Positions 62,001 through 64,000 of a DNA stretch of 64,000 nucleotides are shown piece by piece; the first letter of the stretch is position 1, and each line of letters begins with the position of its first letter. The position numbers and the translations under genes are program-made. The notes under the pieces are model-generated. The model was not told the origin of the DNA. It saw only the letters and a program-made list of their open reading frames with translations, and did no database searches. The DNA is from Macrostomum lignano (Eukaryota), in the NCBI GenBank assembly GCA_002269645.1, contig NIVC01003506.1, positions 30,462 to 94,461 on the forward strand. Reading direction: 5' to 3'.

Positions 62001-63823
62001 CGGACCGTCGCTGCGGTCCAAGATGATCTCGAAGCTCTGCACCTTGCCATTGGGCTCGAACGGCACGTTCCTGGGCCGCTCGATGGCGTTGCTTCGCTCC
62101 ATTATTTTTTCCGAGTTCGAGCTTTGGACTGAGCTGTTTGCTGCCCGAGTATCAAAAAGCTTTTGTCTCTACCTGACCAAGCCGGAGCTCATCTGGGTTG
62201 TTTTATTGCGACCCGCTGGTGTGGGGTGGACCAGGGTAAGAAAAAGAGGGTCTGACAGACTGGGCGACCAGAGAATGAAATGAAATGCGCGCCATCGCCG
62301 AGCCTCAGCCGCAGCTGTTTGTTTATCTCGTCCTTCGAGAAACTTCATTCTTGGCAGGGAGGCCCAGAGCTCCTCTGAGCAAAGCAACAACTGCTCAAAA
62401 CTGGGGTGGGATGGATCGAATAGCCATGCATCCATCTAGAATTCTCTTTCTCTGCATCTTGCTAAGGCGACTCACCCACCCACTCAGTGTCTGCTGAGAC
62501 ACTCAGTTACCTGGCAATCGCAAAATTCCATTTTTTATTCTGATGCTCGCGCGTGCACTTCAAACTGGCTTGCTATTTTCTACCTGAGCGAGACTGCTTT
62601 CAGAAAAAGACACGGAATGGGCAGTCAGAGACTGCTCTACTCAAACCTCTGCGCTTTTGAGCAGAGTTTACTCGTCGCGTCATCTTAGAAACATCCACCC
62701 AGTCTCCGACCGAAAAACACTGCAAGCCCCATCGCCCCACTCTTTGGGCGTTGCCTTCAAAGAAAAGATCTGTACACTCCGTTTGCTGAAAACTTCTTCT
62801 AACTGGCTTGCTAATTTTGCAAAGCAAAGTTAGAATGGCAGGCTAGATGAAACATAATGAAAAATTATGTATAAAGTTGGGCCAGACGACAGAAGCTGAA
62901 TCTTTACCAAAGTAGTAAATGAAAAACAGGTTCTATAAAATTTTAAGAATTTAAAGAAAGAAAGTCGAGCAACGACTGTGAGGGCTACGATTAATTCTCT
63001 AGGGAGGGACGGAGAGAGGCGGATTCAGGGACTGAGGCTGAGCGGAGAGGCGGATTCAGGACTGAGGCTGAGCGGAGAGCGGATTCAGGGACTGAGCTGA
63101 GCGGAAGAGCGGAGAGGCGGTTTCAGGACTGAGGCTGAGCGAAGAGCGGAGAGGCGGTTTCAGGACTGAGGCTGAGCGGAGAGGCGGATTCAGGGACTGA
63201 GGCTGAGCGGAGAGGCGGATTCAGGGACTGAGGCTGAGCGGAAGAGCGGAGAGGCGGTTTCAGGGACTGAGGCTGAGCGGAAGAGCGGAGAGGCGATTCA
63301 GGACTGAGGCTGAGCGGAGAGGCGGATTCAGGGACTGAGGCTGAGCAGAAAGGCAGATTCAGGGACTGAATCAGAGCGGAGAGACAGATTCAGGGAAAGA
63401 GTCAATGTGAGATAGACATGGAATACACAGCCTACATTTCTAATATTAAAAGCTTGAAGGAAAGTCCAGTTTAGGCTAAAAATATGCTTTTTATGCTACT
63501 GGCAGTAGACAGATGCTGAACTCTCTGAAACGCTGCAGGAGATGAATGGATTCGCACGGCGTTTCGCGAAATTTTGTTCACAGCGCGGCTCTGATTCCGC
63601 GGTCCTGACAGAGGCCGGCGTGCATGGAATTCCACCGCCAGACGCTGAAAGCTTCAGCAGCCGCCGCGGCGACAAACCAGCAATCGTCGAACCAGCAGGA
63701 GTCGCAGGCGAAGCACGGCTACATCACCTTGCTGCCCGCGACGCTACGGACAAGGCCGCCGAGGAACGAGAATTCCGCCAGCGCGGCGGTGCCCCGGCGA
63801 ACCATCTTGGAGGCGAAGATTGC
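53055..63823 (+). CDS. CCDC180: Coiled-coil domain-containing protein 180 (DUF4455 region), partial; continues beyond the window
   Basis: Exons 53055-53498, 54259-54586, 55015-55322, 55730-55907, 56411-56622, 56836-57255 (phases 0,1,0,1,0,0); probable 58078-58182, 59811-59894, 63584-63823. Motifs YRQLFEAQVQL, ENPVV, DEAVQMNQTLLGNQR, QEAQLD..MDKLRQ resemble CCDC180 as recalled. Last three exons are less certain. Confidence 0.8.
53878..54180 (+). mobile_element. SINE, duplicate of 44885-45190
   Basis: Part of the 9-kb duplication. Confidence 0.8.
57420..57950. repeat. 23-bp intronic minisatellite (CCTCCTGACACACAGTTGTGGCG)
   Basis: Direct reading. Confidence 0.92.
59025..59348. repeat. 14/15-bp minisatellite (GAGGGGTTGTAGCCT) contiguous with the SINE 5' end
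   Basis: Unit equals the first ~15 nt of the adjacent SINE. Confidence 0.92.
59349..59680 (+). mobile_element. tRNA-derived SINE, well-preserved copy
   Basis: A box TAGCCTAGTGG, B box GGTTCGATTCC, central GTGTCCTTGAGCAAGACACTTAAC...CCCAGCTGTAAAATGGGT domain, GTGTAATCA tail repeats. Confidence 0.88.
60329..62102 (-). CDS. Alpha-arrestin (ARRDC-like; arrestin-N and arrestin-C domains plus Q/G-rich tail), with three apparent frameshifts
   Basis: Exons 62102-61364 and 61279-60329. Motifs VQSFEIILD..VYSPGE, LSPGEHVFPFACDLPFELPATFTGSYGNVSYLVKV, LTVP..PPSGL..IIGVRYWLVF, LRTPVLIG. Frame breaks near 61965, 61405 and 60851. Confidence 0.75.
63005..63395. repeat. ~30-bp minisatellite (GAGAGGCGGATTCAGGGACTGAGGCTGAGCG) with ragged indels
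   Basis: Direct reading. Confidence 0.88.
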
Positions 63824-64000
63824 GTAAGTGTCGCAATGGATGGCTGAGTCATTTGCAATGGCGTAAGCCCATGCTGAATCCCGACGGTTCGTTTATTTTT
63901 CAAAAAACATTTCGCACACTCGGGCTTTGTCATCGGGGGTGGCTTGGGTGGATCAGTCTTTGCACCCGTCCTCCTGATTCACTATGGGTTGGCGGTGTCT

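Overview
This is eukaryotic (animal) genomic DNA, not prokaryotic. It has GC-rich exons with GT-AG introns, and most introns carry their own minisatellite. The style resembles the flatworm Macrostomum (inference only). Five genes were reconstructed by hand from splice sites and reading frames. (1) A ~1450-aa protein with five repeats of an extended CCCH zinc-finger module (minus, 2934-10448). (2) An ANKRD10-like ankyrin protein (plus, 19641-22352). (3) V-ATPase V0 subunit a (minus, 33772-41750), with two phase-identical alternative linker exons. (4) CCDC180-like ciliary coiled-coil protein (plus, from 53055, running off the window). (5) An alpha-arrestin (minus, 60329-62102, three apparent frameshifts), probably nested in a CCDC180 intron. 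Two large structures stand out. One is an 8.2-kb hAT/Charlie-like element with terminal inverted repeats (TIRs) and a target-site duplication (TSD), whose interior is 212 near-identical 36-bp units (23198-31366). The other is a ~9-kb tandem duplication (38503-47495 / 47496-56486) of the head-to-head V-ATPase/CCDC180 5' region, leaving two truncated gene copies fused tail-to-tail. Several MITEs, a tRNA-derived SINE family and a minisatellite seeded from a SINE head are also present. No CRISPR array, rRNA or true tRNA is supported. The giant ORFs in the track are satellite artefacts. All homology calls are from memory of the families, not from database searches. Some oddities (duplication, frameshifts, array homogeneity) could be assembly artefacts.
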